Positions 20,641 through 30,640 of a DNA stretch of 64,000 nucleotides are shown piece after piece. Each line of letters opens with the position of its first letter. Within the stretch, counting starts at the first letter, position 1. The translations under genes and the position numbers were made by a program. The notes beneath the pieces were generated by a model that saw only the letters and a program-made list of their open reading frames with translations, was not told the origin of the DNA and made no database searches. The DNA is taken from the NCBI GenBank assembly GCA_965140445.1, contig OZ223236.1:3392001-3456000 (forward strand), in the 5' to 3' direction. This DNA is from Candidatus Ozemobacteraceae bacterium. GTDB taxonomy: Bacteria > Muiribacteriota > Ozemobacteria > Ozemobacterales > Ozemobacteraceae.

Positions 20641-22974
20641 TTGCAGCAGCAAAATACAGGAAAATTCAATACAATTTTATATTCACCAACATTCGTATTT
20701 CTGGCCAGAATTTTACGATTTGTTTACATCATTATTGCAACGGCAATTCTGTACATAATCCCCACTTCCCTCGTCACAGCTTTTTTTGAGAAATTTGTAT
20801 ACTTTTTTTATCCTGCGACCGTCTTAGGTTTACATAACATTCCAACAACAAAAGGTGCCCTTCTTGCAGCCAATCATATGTCCTTGATTGATGGCCTTTT
20901 GCTAAGGTTTATACTGAAAAAGGACATATACTTTCTGGTTTCAGAAGCAACTTTTACAAACTGGTTTTTGCGCCCCTGGCTAAGGCATTTTAAAACCATC
21001 CCACTTTTCACTTCTCGTGGTATTTCTCAGACTCTAAAATCGCTTCGTAAGGCTGGAAAGCTGGTCCAAAATGGTGAACTGGTTTGCGTTTTTCCCGAAG
21101 GCCATATATCCAGAACCGGAGCTTTGTTGCCCTTCAGAAAAGGGTTAAAAACTATTCTAAAAAATTCTGATGCCCAGATTATACCAATTTTTATGGATCA
21201 GGTATGGGGCAGCATTTTCAGCTATTATGGCGGCAGATTTGTTACTAAAATTCCGCCAAAACTTATCAGACCGCTTACCATAGTCATTGGCGAACCTTTA
21301 AATTCTGCAATCTCACCGGCAAAACTCCGCCTGGCCATTCAAGGCCTTGAGCCAATTGCATGGGAGCAAAGAAAAAAAAGCTCAGAGTTTCTTCATCATT
21401 ACTTTATAAAAAAAATGCGCAGCTTCCCTCATAGGCGAAGCTTTAGTGATAAAGCCGAGGATTCAATTTCCAGAATCGGTTTTTTAATCCGAACTCTCGC
21501 TGTTACAAAGACAATGAGACGTTTCTGGAGAGATCAAAAAACTGTGGGCATAATGCTCCCAACCTGCAGCGCGGCCGCCTACCTAAATATTGCTTCTTCT
21601 ATTATGGGAAGAACCAGCGTAAATTTGAATTTTACCGCGGGTCGTTCAGCCCTCGCCTCGGCTATCAGACAGGCTAATCTAAAAACTGTTATAACTGCAA
21701 GAGCACTTGAGGCAAAACTTGGAAAAGTTCTTCCTTCAACGGTCAAGGTTTTCTACATGGAAGACATTGCTAAGGACATAAGCTTTTCTGAAAAGATTTC
21801 TGCAGTGTATCTTGCCCTTTTTGGTTCCATTAAAGATATTGAGAAAAGTTGTGGAAGCTACCCTTTAAATTCGGTTGATGACCCTCTCACAATAATCTTT
21901 TCAAGTGGTTCTACCGGTGAGCCAAAAGGAGCTGTTCTATCTCACTTTAATATTTTATCAAACATACAGCAGGTGGATCAGTATCTTAAGCTTGATGCCA
22001 ATGATTTTATTCTTGAAATTCTTCCTGTTTTCCATTCATTTGGATTTCTTGCCATGTGGAAGGTCCTGACCATGGGAATTCCTACTGCTTTTATTTCTAA
22101 CCCGCTCGATGCTGTAAACGTTGGAGATACATGCGAAAAACTGGGAGTTACTTTTTTCTTTGCGACCCCAACCTTTTTGCAGCTTTACCTTCGCAAATGC
22201 AAGCCCGAGCAATTTGGAACTGTTAAAACCGTTATTACCGGAGCTGAAAAGCTTCCTTTGAGAACCGTTGAAGCCTTTTATCAAAAGTTCGGAATCTGGC
22301 CTGTAGAAGGTTATGGAACTACAGAATGCTCACCGGTTCTAAGTATAAATATTGAAAACTATCGAGCCAAAGGCATCTTCCAGCTAGGAAGCGAGCAAGG
22401 CTCCGTTGGCATTCTTCTTCCTGGAATGGCCGCAAAAATTGTTGATCCTGAAACTGATAAGGAATTAGGTTTTCGAAAACCTGGTCTATTGATGGTTAAA
22501 GGTCCCAATGTTATGGGCGGATACCTTAATAACCCATACTTAAATAAAAAAGTTCTGGTAGATGGTTGGTATAACACCGGCGATATTGCCACACTTTCTG
22601 AACTTGGTTTTTTAACAATTACTGACAGGTTATCCAGATTTTCCAAGATTGCCGGCGAAATGATACCCCATGGCGTAATCGAAGATGCACTTCACAAGGT
22701 TTCGGGTATAGACGACAGAATTTTTGCCGTAACGGGCGTCCCTGACGAAAGAAAAGGCGAAGTAATTGTTGTTTTGCACACCTGGCCAGAATCCAAGGTA
22801 ACTTCTCTCCCGGCAAAACTGGCTGAAACAGGTTTGCCTAACCTTTTCATCCCCAAAAAAGATTTCTTTTTACGCGTTGAAGAACTGCCACTTCTTGGCA
22901 GCGGAAAGATCAATCTAAAAAGATTAAAAGAGATTGCTCAGGAGTATTTCTGCGGTGGAAAGAAATTCCGCTAG
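20641..22974 (+). CDS. aas: bifunctional acyltransferase / acyl-ACP synthetase (Aas-like)
   Basis: PlsC motifs NHMSLID and FPEG, then AMP-binding FSSGSTGEPKG, EGYGTTE, GWYNTGD. Confidence 0.85.
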   Translation: MQQQNTGKFNTILYSPTFVFLARILRFVYIIIATAILYIIPTSLVTAFFEKFVYFFYPATVLGLHNIPTTKGALLAANHMSLIDGLLLRFILKKDIYFLVSEATFTNWFLRPWLRHFKTIPLFTSRGISQTLKSLRKAGKLVQNGELVCVFPEGHISRTGALLPFRKGLKTILKNSDAQIIPIFMDQVWGSIFSYYGGRFVTKIPPKLIRPLTIVIGEPLNSAISPAKLRLAIQGLEPIAWEQRKKSSEFLHHYFIKKMRSFPHRRSFSDKAEDSISRIGFLIRTLAVTKTMRRFWRDQKTVGIMLPTCSAAAYLNIASSIMGRTSVNLNFTAGRSALASAIRQANLKTVITARALEAKLGKVLPSTVKVFYMEDIAKDISFSEKISAVYLALFGSIKDIEKSCGSYPLNSVDDPLTIIFSSGSTGEPKGAVLSHFNILSNIQQVDQYLKLDANDFILEILPVFHSFGFLAMWKVLTMGIPTAFISNPLDAVNVGDTCEKLGVTFFFATPTFLQLYLRKCKPEQFGTVKTVITGAEKLPLRTVEAFYQKFGIWPVEGYGTTECSPVLSINIENYRAKGIFQLGSEQGSVGILLPGMAAKIVDPETDKELGFRKPGLLMVKGPNVMGGYLNNPYLNKKVLVDGWYNTGDIATLSELGFLTITDRLSRFSKIAGEMIPHGVIEDALHKVSGIDDRIFAVTGVPDERKGEVIVVLHTWPESKVTSLPAKLAETGLPNLFIPKKDFFLRVEELPLLGSGKINLKRLKEIAQEYFCGGKKFR

Positions 22975-22988
22975 AAATTATTTAGCTT

Positions 22989-23405
22989 TTATCTCTGAGA
23001 ATCAGTATTTTTCCTATCAAAATATTGCATGTACCTCTCATAAGCTTCTTTTGTGGTGAGAAAAGAAATGTGGTCCAAAATATGCAGCCGATAGGCCTTC
23101 AGAGTTTTTAATCCTAACCTGCGTGCTTTTTCCATCCGGTGATTACCGTCGATTAAGGTAAATTGCCCAGGGGTAACTTCTGCAATAATAACAGGTTTTA
23201 AGACGTCGACCATAGATAATCGACTCTCGTCAATCTGTGAAAAAGGTGCCCCGTAAAGGTCCCCAACCGAAATGTCCTCAACAGAAAAACGATCCTGGTT
23301 CCTTTCTATAAAATCTAACATCCTGGTTATATTAAAAACGAATTTCCCGAGCCGATACAACTCATCGTCTGGGGCAACAGGACATGGCGCAAACTTCTTA
23401 TTCAT
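22989..23405 (-). CDS. single-domain ParB/Srx-like protein
   Basis: PVII..LIDGNHR motif. Confidence 0.65.
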   Translation of the reverse strand: MNKKFAPCPVAPDDELYRLGKFVFNITRMLDFIERNQDRFSVEDISVGDLYGAPFSQIDESRLSMVDVLKPVIIAEVTPGQFTLIDGNHRMEKARRLGLKTLKAYRLHILDHISFLTTKEAYERYMQYFDRKNTDSQR

Positions 23406-23452
23406 TTTTTTTTGCCTGCTTATTCAAATTTTGGGGCATCTTTAGTAAATTC

Positions 23453-23854
23453 TTACAAATTTAAACCGGCAAGGCTCTCATCGCTTAACCAGTTGATAGC
23501 TTTTTCCATTTCACGAAAAACATAGATTTTAGTATCAAGTCCATGCTCTGTTACACCCTCCCAGGCTCTGACTATTCCAAAATCAATGTCTCTTTTCATC
23601 ACAAGCGCAACTTTAGCATGTCCTAATTTTTCAGCGATTGACCTAAAATACTTAGAAACCTCTTCAATTCCTGAAACCTTCATTGAATCCAGCTTTAGTT
23701 CTCTATGATCTAATAAGATTTTAAGGCCTGGCCTCCATTGTGAATGAGAAATAATATCGTTCAAAAAAATGATAATTCCTTCAACATCTCCATTGCCTTC
23801 GGTTGTTACGGTGAAAACTAAGCCATCCTCGCTCACTTTTAAACTATGTTTCAT
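23453..23854 (-). CDS. hypothetical protein, SpoIIAA/STAS-like
   Basis: ILLDHR..KVALV..FREMEKAINWL pattern; GAGG RBS. Confidence 0.6.
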   Translation of the reverse strand: MKHSLKVSEDGLVFTVTTEGNGDVEGIIIFLNDIISHSQWRPGLKILLDHRELKLDSMKVSGIEEVSKYFRSIAEKLGHAKVALVMKRDIDFGIVRAWEGVTEHGLDTKIYVFREMEKAINWLSDESLAGLNL

Positions 23855-23962
23855 ATTTTCCTCAACTAATATAGTTCAACAACTGACTCACTTAAATTTT
23901 AAGAATCAATAACAGGTTTAAAATGTGGTCTTGCTCGATTTTATGATTGTTTTTTTCAAACC

Positions 23963-24622
23963 TTAAGAATCTTCATTTTTCTCTATTTTGGATTTTTGAA
24001 GTTTTTCAAATGAGTGAATAGAGTTGGATTCAGGAACAAACACCTTTAAAACGCGATTCTCGTAAAGATAAAGAAAAGCAACTTCTGATTTTAAAGAAAA
24101 AATCCTAATTTGGTTTGCTGAAATCTTGTTCCGCCAAAAGAAGATCAAGAAACAGATGATAAGGATTCCCCACACATGACCAATGGTCTTAAAAAATACA
24201 AAGAATCCAATGTTAAGCAATAAAACCAAAAAGGAAAAACCCTGAGCAATCACTCTTGCTCCAGTTTGATTTCGCAGAAATGGATAGAAGTTACCATTTG
24301 AAGTGAACTGGGCAATTATTCCAAGGGGAATCCCTAACAAATAGAGACTATTTGAATTTGCAATAGCCTTATAAATAAAGAAAACAGGATAAAGCCAGTT
24401 AACTGCAGTGACAAGCCTGAATGAACCATAGAACAATTCACCGGGAAATGGTTCGGGCAACTTGCTGGCTTGCTTTAAGTCAACATCGAGATCATACTCA
24501 CCATTGTTTATCCTGGCTTTTAGTTCGCTGAAACTGCTCTCAGGAAACTGAGGAATCTCCTGAACATTTTTAAAATGTAAATTTGGTGGTAAAGCTTCTT
24601 CAAGTTTATTGATGTTCACCAA
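23963..24622 (-). CDS. membrane hypothetical protein
   Basis: 219-aa ORF with about 4 hydrophobic segments. Confidence 0.65.
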   Translation of the reverse strand: MVNINKLEEALPPNLHFKNVQEIPQFPESSFSELKARINNGEYDLDVDLKQASKLPEPFPGELFYGSFRLVTAVNWLYPVFFIYKAIANSNSLYLLGIPLGIIAQFTSNGNFYPFLRNQTGARVIAQGFSFLVLLLNIGFFVFFKTIGHVWGILIICFLIFFWRNKISANQIRIFSLKSEVAFLYLYENRVLKVFVPESNSIHSFEKLQKSKIEKNEDS

Positions 24623-24740
24623 ACCGCCCCTTTAAATTGAATTCCTGGTTAAGACAAAAATATATGATTATTATACCTTTGGAAGCATTTTGACGTTTTT
24701 GACAGAGCCCCCAATCGCGTTACGGGAAAAGCGAAAGTTC

Positions 24741-25025
24741 TCAATGAAAATGTGGCTCATGAAACAATATGTGCGCATGGGTTCCATAATGAGGAAACCA
24801 GACTTTACAAAAAGCTAGAATCAAGAGAAATATAAAAACGAGTAACTTAAACTTAGCGTTTTCTTCACCCTTTTTAAAAGATCTCACAATTAGGATCAAT
24901 TGAATCAAAAAACAAATTGGTGCCCCGAAAAAAGCAAGCAAATGCACAAAAGGAACCTTGATAAGTCCTAAAACAAAGGAAGCAACAACAAAATATACAG
25001 AAACTCTAAAAATTTTGTCTTCCAA
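24741..25025 (-). CDS. small membrane protein with His-rich C-terminus
   Basis: 3 hydrophobic segments; GGAG RBS. Confidence 0.55.
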   Translation of the reverse strand: MEDKIFRVSVYFVVASFVLGLIKVPFVHLLAFFGAPICFLIQLILIVRSFKKGEENAKFKLLVFIFLLILAFCKVWFPHYGTHAHILFHEPHFH

Positions 25026-25165
25026 TTTTTAACTCCAGTTTCTTTTGTTTCATTTTACTCAATATACAAAAATTTAAGTTTTCCTACCAAGGAACTATAT
25101 TTTTTGCGTATATCGCAAACACCGTTACGGCTTTGATTTCAAGTCTAAGCATTAGTAAGACTCGT

Positions 25166-25759
25166 TTATTTTTTATTGCCCTGATTTAAGCTTTCCTCCA
25201 TTTTCAGCGCTTCGCTTAAAGTTGGACAATTCATTAATTTTCTCATTGTGTCTGAAACTTCTTCATCTATTGGATCTAGCTTAAATGGATCAGAAGCAAT
25301 TCTTGAAAATTGAGTTCCAAACCTTTGTTTTCTATTAATGGATTTTAAAAATCTATCTTCGGTGGCAGCAGCTAGCCAGATTGCATTTTTGTTTCCCTTT
25401 GAAATTGCAATAACTGCCAGCTCATGGGCGAATAAATAGTCTTCCGGGGTTGAGCCATGTTGAAAAACCATTGCAGCACAGTAAAAATCATTTCCGGTTT
25501 TTAACCCATCATTGGAACATATTTGATAAACTCTTTTTCTTCTCGCTTCATCCTCTTCTATCATTTTCTTTAACTCAAATTCGTTCATTTTCAGAAAACC
25601 ATTTCGGGCACCTTGATCCTTTTGAAAAAGCAATTTAATCTCCTGGTTATCTTGATCATTATGCTTTTCGAGATTTTCACCTCCCAAAACTGCGCCTGTG
25701 ATGAAACAAAAACTAATGAATGTAAGAATAAAAAACACTTTTTCACGGCGAAAATTCAT
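25166..25759 (-). CDS. secreted hypothetical protein (DUF6624-like)
   Basis: Signal peptide; DQ..R, MVFQH, A..EDR..QRFGTQ; AGGAGG RBS. Confidence 0.7.
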   Translation of the reverse strand: MNFRREKVFFILTFISFCFITGAVLGGENLEKHNDQDNQEIKLLFQKDQGARNGFLKMNEFELKKMIEEDEARRKRVYQICSNDGLKTGNDFYCAAMVFQHGSTPEDYLFAHELAVIAISKGNKNAIWLAAATEDRFLKSINRKQRFGTQFSRIASDPFKLDPIDEEVSDTMRKLMNCPTLSEALKMEESLNQGNKK

Positions 25760-25793
25760 TGATGTCCTCCTTTAGAGTGTAACGATTGTTGTT

Positions 25794-25874
25794 AGCACGT
25801 TTCACCATAGGTGTAAAAAGTTCAATATCACTTTCTTGAAACCTTTCAAAAGTTAAATCCTCAAAAGTTTTCAT
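25794..25874 (-). pseudogene. short 5' gene fragment, possibly a truncated GNAT acetyltransferase
   Basis: GGAG RBS then MKTFEDLTFERFQESDIELFTPMVKRA; resemblance from memory only. Confidence 0.3.
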
Positions 25875-26138
25875 ATAAAACTCCTATTTTCACTCTCTAC
25901 GCGTCTTGTTAAGTTTGTTTTCATTTATTTTTCTTTATTGTCTTTTGACGCACTTTTTAGAAGTCTAAAATGTAAATCTATTCAAATAAAGATAGTATTT
26001 TTTATTCTCTTCAATTATGTAGATTTCTAAAGGTAAAAAATCAAGCTAATCTTTAACCTTTTTCGATCCGAGTAACCAGACATAATCTCTTGTCTTATAG
26101 GTTCAAGAATATGAGCGTCGTGTTACGAATTAGTTCTA

Positions 26139-26537
26139 CTAATTTCTTTTTATTAAATCAAAATTTTCTCTCTCTATAACCCTGTAAGAAATCTCATTAA
26201 TCCCATCGATATATTGTTTACACAGTCTATGTATACCATCCAGGATTACTAGTCTCTTTCCGAAATTCATAGTCTCAATCGGATAGGAAATATCAGCTTT
26301 ATCAATTTTTTCTTTATGGTCTGGAAAAGACTCTAGATTCGCTAATACATAACGAGGTTTCAGATCAAATATTGATTCAGGTGGAGAACTTGGCCAAATT
26401 GGAAGGTCTAAATGCCAAAGAAATTCTTCAATAGGTTTCCTTCTGACAGGTAGATTGAGGGACCATATCTTTCTAACGTCCCAAAAAAGTTGAAAATACT
26501 CTGACATGTCATCTGGAAAAGCTGATCTAAAATTCAT
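26139..26537 (-). CDS. single-domain ParB/Srx-like protein
   Basis: ADISYPI..ILDGIHRL. Confidence 0.65.
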   Translation of the reverse strand: MNFRSAFPDDMSEYFQLFWDVRKIWSLNLPVRRKPIEEFLWHLDLPIWPSSPPESIFDLKPRYVLANLESFPDHKEKIDKADISYPIETMNFGKRLVILDGIHRLCKQYIDGINEISYRVIERENFDLIKRN

Positions 26538-26592
26538 ATATTAACCTTTAAGCTAAGTGGCGGGTCGCACGTGCCTTTTGGCAATAGCATTA

Positions 26593-26626
26593 TCAGAACT
26601 GACGTTTTGCGTCGAGCACTTTTTAT
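26593..26626 (-). repeat. eroded attC remnant (type B arm)
   Basis: tcagaactgacgttttgcgtcgagcactttttat resembles tcaggaccgacgttccgtgtcgacgcacttgttag at 60620-60654. Confidence 0.6.
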
Positions 26627-26689
26627 TCAGCTCATTTGTTAATCCTTGATACTTAATCAGCCCTATAAAATCTTGTAGAATGGCTTCAT

Positions 26690-27682
26690 TTAACCCAGGC
26701 AAACAATTGTTCTGCCTTTTAGGCTTCCGCTAAGCATTAATTCTATCTTCTCGTTAATTTCGCTGAGGGAAATCTCTTGGCAGTTATCGCTTAATGATGC
26801 TGGTTTCCATTCTGTTGCAAGTTTATTCCAAACCAATTCTCTAATTGGCATTTTGCAATTCTGAGAGTCTATTCCCAACAGGGATACTCCACGTAAAATA
26901 AATGGAAAGACGGTTAAGCTAAGGTTTGCTCCGGCAACATTGCCACAACATGTGACAACTCCATTTGGCTTCGTTGATTTGATTAAGTTTTCAAGAATGA
27001 CGCCGCCTACGGTATCAATGGCTCCGGCGAAATCGGCCTTTAATAGTGGTCTACTTTCACCATTCTCGATTTCGCATCGTTGAATAATCTCCTGTGCCCC
27101 AAGATTTTTAAGGAAAGCATGTTCCGATGTTTTCCCTGAAATGCCGATTACTGGGAAACCCAAACTACTCAAAATCGCTACACTCAAGGATCCTACCCCC
27201 CCGGTCGCTCCTGATACAGCGATCTTTCCATCGTTTGGATTAAGCGATTCTGTTATCCTGAGAACCGAAAGGCCTGCAGTCAATCCAGCTGTCCCCAAGG
27301 TTGCTGCTTCTTTCATTGTTAGACCTTTCGGCAATTTTAATGCCCATGAAGAAGGAACCCGTATATACTCGGCAAAGCCACCGTCTGTGTTCATTCCAAG
27401 GTCATAGCTTGTAACAATTACTTTGTCCTGGGGTTTGAACAAGTCAGAGGATGATTCCACAACAATTCCGACCGCATCAATCCCTGGCGTATGGGGGTAA
27501 GACCTGGTAACTCCTTTGTTGCCTGTCGCGGAAAGGGCGTCCTTATAGTTAAGGGAAGAATAATGCACCTTTATCAGAAGATCTCCATCGGGAAGATCCT
27601 TGATTTGCCGTTCCATGATGCTTCCACAAAATTTGCCTTCTCTTTGCTGGACTACGTATGCTTGGAAAGAACTAGAATTCAT
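26690..27682 (-). CDS. YhdH/AcuI family NADPH-dependent oxidoreductase (MDR)
   Basis: YSSLNYKDAL, PGIDAVG, GTAGLTAGL, GATGGVGS, PFILRGVSLLGIDS. Confidence 0.9.
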   Translation of the reverse strand: MNSSSFQAYVVQQREGKFCGSIMERQIKDLPDGDLLIKVHYSSLNYKDALSATGNKGVTRSYPHTPGIDAVGIVVESSSDLFKPQDKVIVTSYDLGMNTDGGFAEYIRVPSSWALKLPKGLTMKEAATLGTAGLTAGLSVLRITESLNPNDGKIAVSGATGGVGSLSVAILSSLGFPVIGISGKTSEHAFLKNLGAQEIIQRCEIENGESRPLLKADFAGAIDTVGGVILENLIKSTKPNGVVTCCGNVAGANLSLTVFPFILRGVSLLGIDSQNCKMPIRELVWNKLATEWKPASLSDNCQEISLSEINEKIELMLSGSLKGRTIVCLG

Positions 27683-27735
27683 CGCTTTATTCTCCCTCTG
27701 TCATTTCTGGTTAAACTTTTCTATCCTATGGAGCT

Positions 27736-27784
27736 ACCTAACGCCTGTCGTGACCGACGTTCCGTTTCGACGCACTTGTTAGAC
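27736..27784 (-). repeat. mini attC site (49 nt)
   Basis: acctaac..gtcgtgaccgacgttccgtttcgacgcactt..gttagac; R and L boxes kept, central region lost. Confidence 0.8.
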
Positions 27785-28123
27785 GATGAATCTTTCATTT
27801 TTCAAAAATCGTTCTAGTAAAACATCATCAACATTTTTTCTGGAATCAAAAACAGCTAAGATAAAAATATTTTCTAATGATACTCTGTACATTATTCTCC
27901 ACGGAGTAACAACTAATTCTCGAAATAAAAGAAAACCCTGACCTTCAAATTCTGGAACTATTCTGCCTCGGAATGGAAAATTGTCTAGCTGAGAAACCTC
28001 TGTTTTAATTTTTTTTAAAATCTGACCGGCAGTTTTGGGATTTTCGGAAGCAATATAGGTAATCAATATTTCAAGATCAAGGGCTGCTTGTTCAGACCAA
28101 CTAATTTTATACCTTTTTTTCAT
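27779..28123 (-). CDS. RelE/ParE family toxin
   Basis: YKISWSEQAALDL..FPFRGRIVPE..WRIMYRV; overlaps upstream antitoxin; stop lies in attC R''. Confidence 0.88.
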   Translation of the reverse strand: MKKRYKISWSEQAALDLEILITYIASENPKTAGQILKKIKTEVSQLDNFPFRGRIVPEFEGQGFLLFRELVVTPWRIMYRVSLENIFILAVFDSRKNVDDVLLERFLKNERFIV

Positions 28124-28394
28124 GATTCTTAAGCTTCTTTTCGATACTGCCAAAAACAGATTCATTATCAATGATTTTTCCTTGGCGAACTTCCTCTTCA
28201 CTCATTGAAACGAGCTTCAAAAGGGAAAGTGCTTTACGCATCGATTCATAACTTTCAGGATCTTGTAAAACAGCCTTCGCCTCGCCATTTTGAGTAATGA
28301 TAATCGGGCGATGTGTTTCGTTTATGTATTTTAGCAATTCTGCTGCATTAGCTTTGAGATAGGTTATTGGTTTTATATCCGATAAATTTGACAT
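28107..28394 (-). CDS. Phd/YefM family antitoxin
   Basis: IKPITYLKANAAELL..PIIITQNGEAKAVL. Confidence 0.88.
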   Translation of the reverse strand: MSNLSDIKPITYLKANAAELLKYINETHRPIIITQNGEAKAVLQDPESYESMRKALSLLKLVSMSEEEVRQGKIIDNESVFGSIEKKLKNHEKKV

Positions 28395-28469
28395 TTTTCA
28401 CCTCCGGTCTTTTAATGATACCATAAAAAGACCGGAGAGATGGAGCTATTTTGTCTTCTATTTTTCCTC

Positions 28470-28593
28470 GTCTAACACTAGTCGTGACCGGACGCCAACG
28501 ACAAACGAGGGAATCGGAGCTCGCGCAAAAATTGCAATTTTCAGCAACTTTTTTGATCAGGGCCGACCTTCTGCGTCGACGCACTTGTCATGC
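28470..28593 (-). repeat. attC type B with mutated R'' (AAC to GAC)
   Basis: gtctaac..gtcgtgaccggacgcc..gtcgacgcactt-gtcatgc. Confidence 0.85.
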
Positions 28594-28603
28594 ATTTAAA
28601 ATT

Positions 28604-28816
28604 TTAAGCAACCCAATCAATTTTTATTTTTTTCTTTTTTTCTACGCAATCTCTAAGATAGAAATTTATTAATTGCTGATATGGCACGCCGATCTCTTCA
28701 GCCAGGTCTTTAAAGTATTTTATAATATCTGAGCTAAGCCTTATTGTAACTGGCTTTTTTAGTTCTTTTGTATATGGATTTTTTTTAGATTTAGAAAAAT
28801 CGTATTCTTTTCTCAT
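28604..28816 (-). CDS. BrnA family antitoxin
   Basis: MRKEYDFSK..KKPVTIRL..YFK..PYQQLIN.YL. Confidence 0.85.
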   Translation of the reverse strand: MRKEYDFSKSKKNPYTKELKKPVTIRLSSDIIKYFKDLAEEIGVPYQQLINFYLRDCVEKKKKIKIDWVA

Positions 28817-29103
28817 AAAAACTCCTGATATTGCTTCCCTTCTGTTTTTGTGGCTTTTCTAGCCGAAATAACTCTTATATTTTTTTCATTGTCTCGGTAG
28901 TAATGAAATACAACAAGAAGTCGCACATTTAAGGATATCCCAAGAATTATGAAGCGGTCTTCATTTTCTGAATGATCTGGGTCTGGAATAATTCTCGCAT
29001 TTTCATCAAAGAAAACGCTTTGCGCCTAATCAAAAGAGACGCCATATTTCTTTAAATTGGTTTTTGCTTTTTTTTTATCCCACTCAAATACAAACGTATT
29101 TAC
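28813..29103 (-). pseudogene. BrnT family toxin pseudogene
   Basis: Manual translation FEWDKKKAKTNLKKYGVSFD*AQSVFFDE...RVISARKAT; in-frame TAG at 29026-29028; ATGA overlap with BrnA. Confidence 0.85.
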
Positions 29104-29147
29104 ATTGTATTTACTTTGCAAACTTTAGTCGAATTTTTATTTTTCTA

Positions 29148-29271
29148 GCCTAACGGTTGAGTTGATTGGCCGAAAACGGAAGCCTGAATCGGGCACAAAC
29201 AAAGCTAGAACATCAAAACCACGCAGGTCTCGACGGCAGTATCCCCGGTCCACTCGAACGAATTGTTAGAC
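29148..29271 (-). repeat. attC, foreign-type sequence
   Basis: gcctaac...gttagac; core extends to a 13-bp match (gttagacagaaat/atttctgtctaac) with the other end of the cassette. Confidence 0.75.
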
Positions 29272-29288
29272 AGAAATTTGCTTTCAAT

Positions 29289-29981
29289 TTAGTTACGGTT
29301 CAAATTTAACAAACCCTCATGAGCGTCCACGAATTCAGATTGGCTTTGGAGAATTTTTAACCTTGATAATAGTTGCTCTTTCTCAGAAACTCTATCTCCA
29401 TTATCCATTGCTTTAAGAAGAAACTTTACCTCTTGCAAAAATAGTCCGATCGTTGGCTCCCATATTTTTTCCAAACCTACAGGATCTTTCTTGATAAGTT
29501 CTACTTTCCTTTTGTATGCTTCCTCGATTTTTGAAAGTGCCTCTAGCGGATTTTCGGTGTAATTGCTTATGATTTTCCACAATCCTTGTTTGCATAGCAA
29601 TCTTCTGATCGCTGGAAAGGCCTTTACTGCAAATTCTGGAGTTTCTTGGTCCAATCCTTGAAAGACATTTATGACATCCTGCTCTCGGCCAATTGCAATG
29701 GAGAGCTCTACCAGCATTTTGAAGGCTTCTTCGTCTGGGATTTTTGATTGAACTTTTTTCTTCAGTTCATCCCAAATTGCTTCCATTCGCTTTCTGGCTG
29801 GCGGATAGAGTGTACCCATAGAGAACCATTCTTCAAGGCACTTTGATAAAATGCCAACGTTTGACCAGTCTATTTCGACAGCATTTCGGAAGAACCATTC
29901 ATAATTTTCTAAGGACTTCTGGAAGTTTCCTGCTTCCTTGGCGCCACGAGCTTGTTCAAGAATAGTCATTGGGTCCTTCAT
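29289..29981 (-). CDS. cassette hypothetical protein (helical, TPR-like)
   Basis: 230-aa ORF filling one cassette. Confidence 0.75.
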   Translation of the reverse strand: MKDPMTILEQARGAKEAGNFQKSLENYEWFFRNAVEIDWSNVGILSKCLEEWFSMGTLYPPARKRMEAIWDELKKKVQSKIPDEEAFKMLVELSIAIGREQDVINVFQGLDQETPEFAVKAFPAIRRLLCKQGLWKIISNYTENPLEALSKIEEAYKRKVELIKKDPVGLEKIWEPTIGLFLQEVKFLLKAMDNGDRVSEKEQLLSRLKILQSQSEFVDAHEGLLNLNRN

Positions 29982-30004
29982 TAATTTCCTTTCCTTTCAT
30001 TTCT

Positions 30005-30106
30005 GTCTAACGCTAGTCTTGGCCGGAAATGGCCAGGACGGTGCCGGGCTTGCTTTGCAAGACACTTAATCGGCGATCATTTTCCGTGTCTATGCACTTG
30101 TTATGC
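30005..30106 (-). repeat. attC type A' (diverged)
   Basis: gtctaac..ccggaaatggccag..ttttccgtgtctatgcactt-gttatgc; similar to the site at 59925. Confidence 0.8.
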
Positions 30107-30111
30107 TAATT

Positions 30112-30579
30112 TTATTCTTTAAATTTTTCATATTCAATTTTAATATTTTCGAATTGCTTCTTAGATTTAAAAACTCTTACATTTTCATGGTATCTAATTT
30201 TTAATATATCTGAATTTTGCCATTCTATTCTTAACTCAGGTCCACCCCATGATGCAACGGGGGCCTTTCCATGATCAGAATCACAAATAAAAACATTGCC
30301 TCCATCATCTGGTAATGTTGAATTGCTTTTTAAAATTGATAATTGAGCATTAAAACCTGTTGTAGCCCCTGCATCTCTATTGAAAACGATTGCTTTGTAT
30401 TGTTTATCAGGAGATTGGATCTCGCAAACTTTAATGTTTACAGGCTTCATTCCAAAATTTCCATAGACATAAAAAAGAAATACACCAGCCGGTGAAAAAA
30501 ATATGGCGATCACCAAAACAAGGAAAGTGATCTGCCTTTTTGTCATTTTTTCTTGATTTCGATCGACTTCGCCATTCAT
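30112..30579 (-). CDS. membrane-anchored hypothetical protein (DUF5412-like)
   Basis: TM then SPDKQYKAIVFNRDAGATT..IEWQN. Confidence 0.7.
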   Translation of the reverse strand: MNGEVDRNQEKMTKRQITFLVLVIAIFFSPAGVFLFYVYGNFGMKPVNIKVCEIQSPDKQYKAIVFNRDAGATTGFNAQLSILKSNSTLPDDGGNVFICDSDHGKAPVASWGGPELRIEWQNSDILKIRYHENVRVFKSKKQFENIKIEYEKFKE

Positions 30580-30609
30580 CTCTCAAAGCTCTCTAGCATA
30601 TTTTATTTG

Positions 30610-30640
30610 GCATAACAGGTATTTTTACATTTATTCCATA
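30610..30640 (-). other. lone recombination core site, attI-like or secondary site
   Basis: Minus strand GTAAAAA-TACCT-GTTATGC; matches the cassette's R'' (30100-30106) but has no attC palindrome behind it. Confidence 0.4.

Noticed and set aside
30605..30632. XerC/XerD dif-like site (ATTTGGCATAA-6 bp-...)
   Set aside because: The right arm matches the XerD consensus poorly; the left arm is explained by the integron core site
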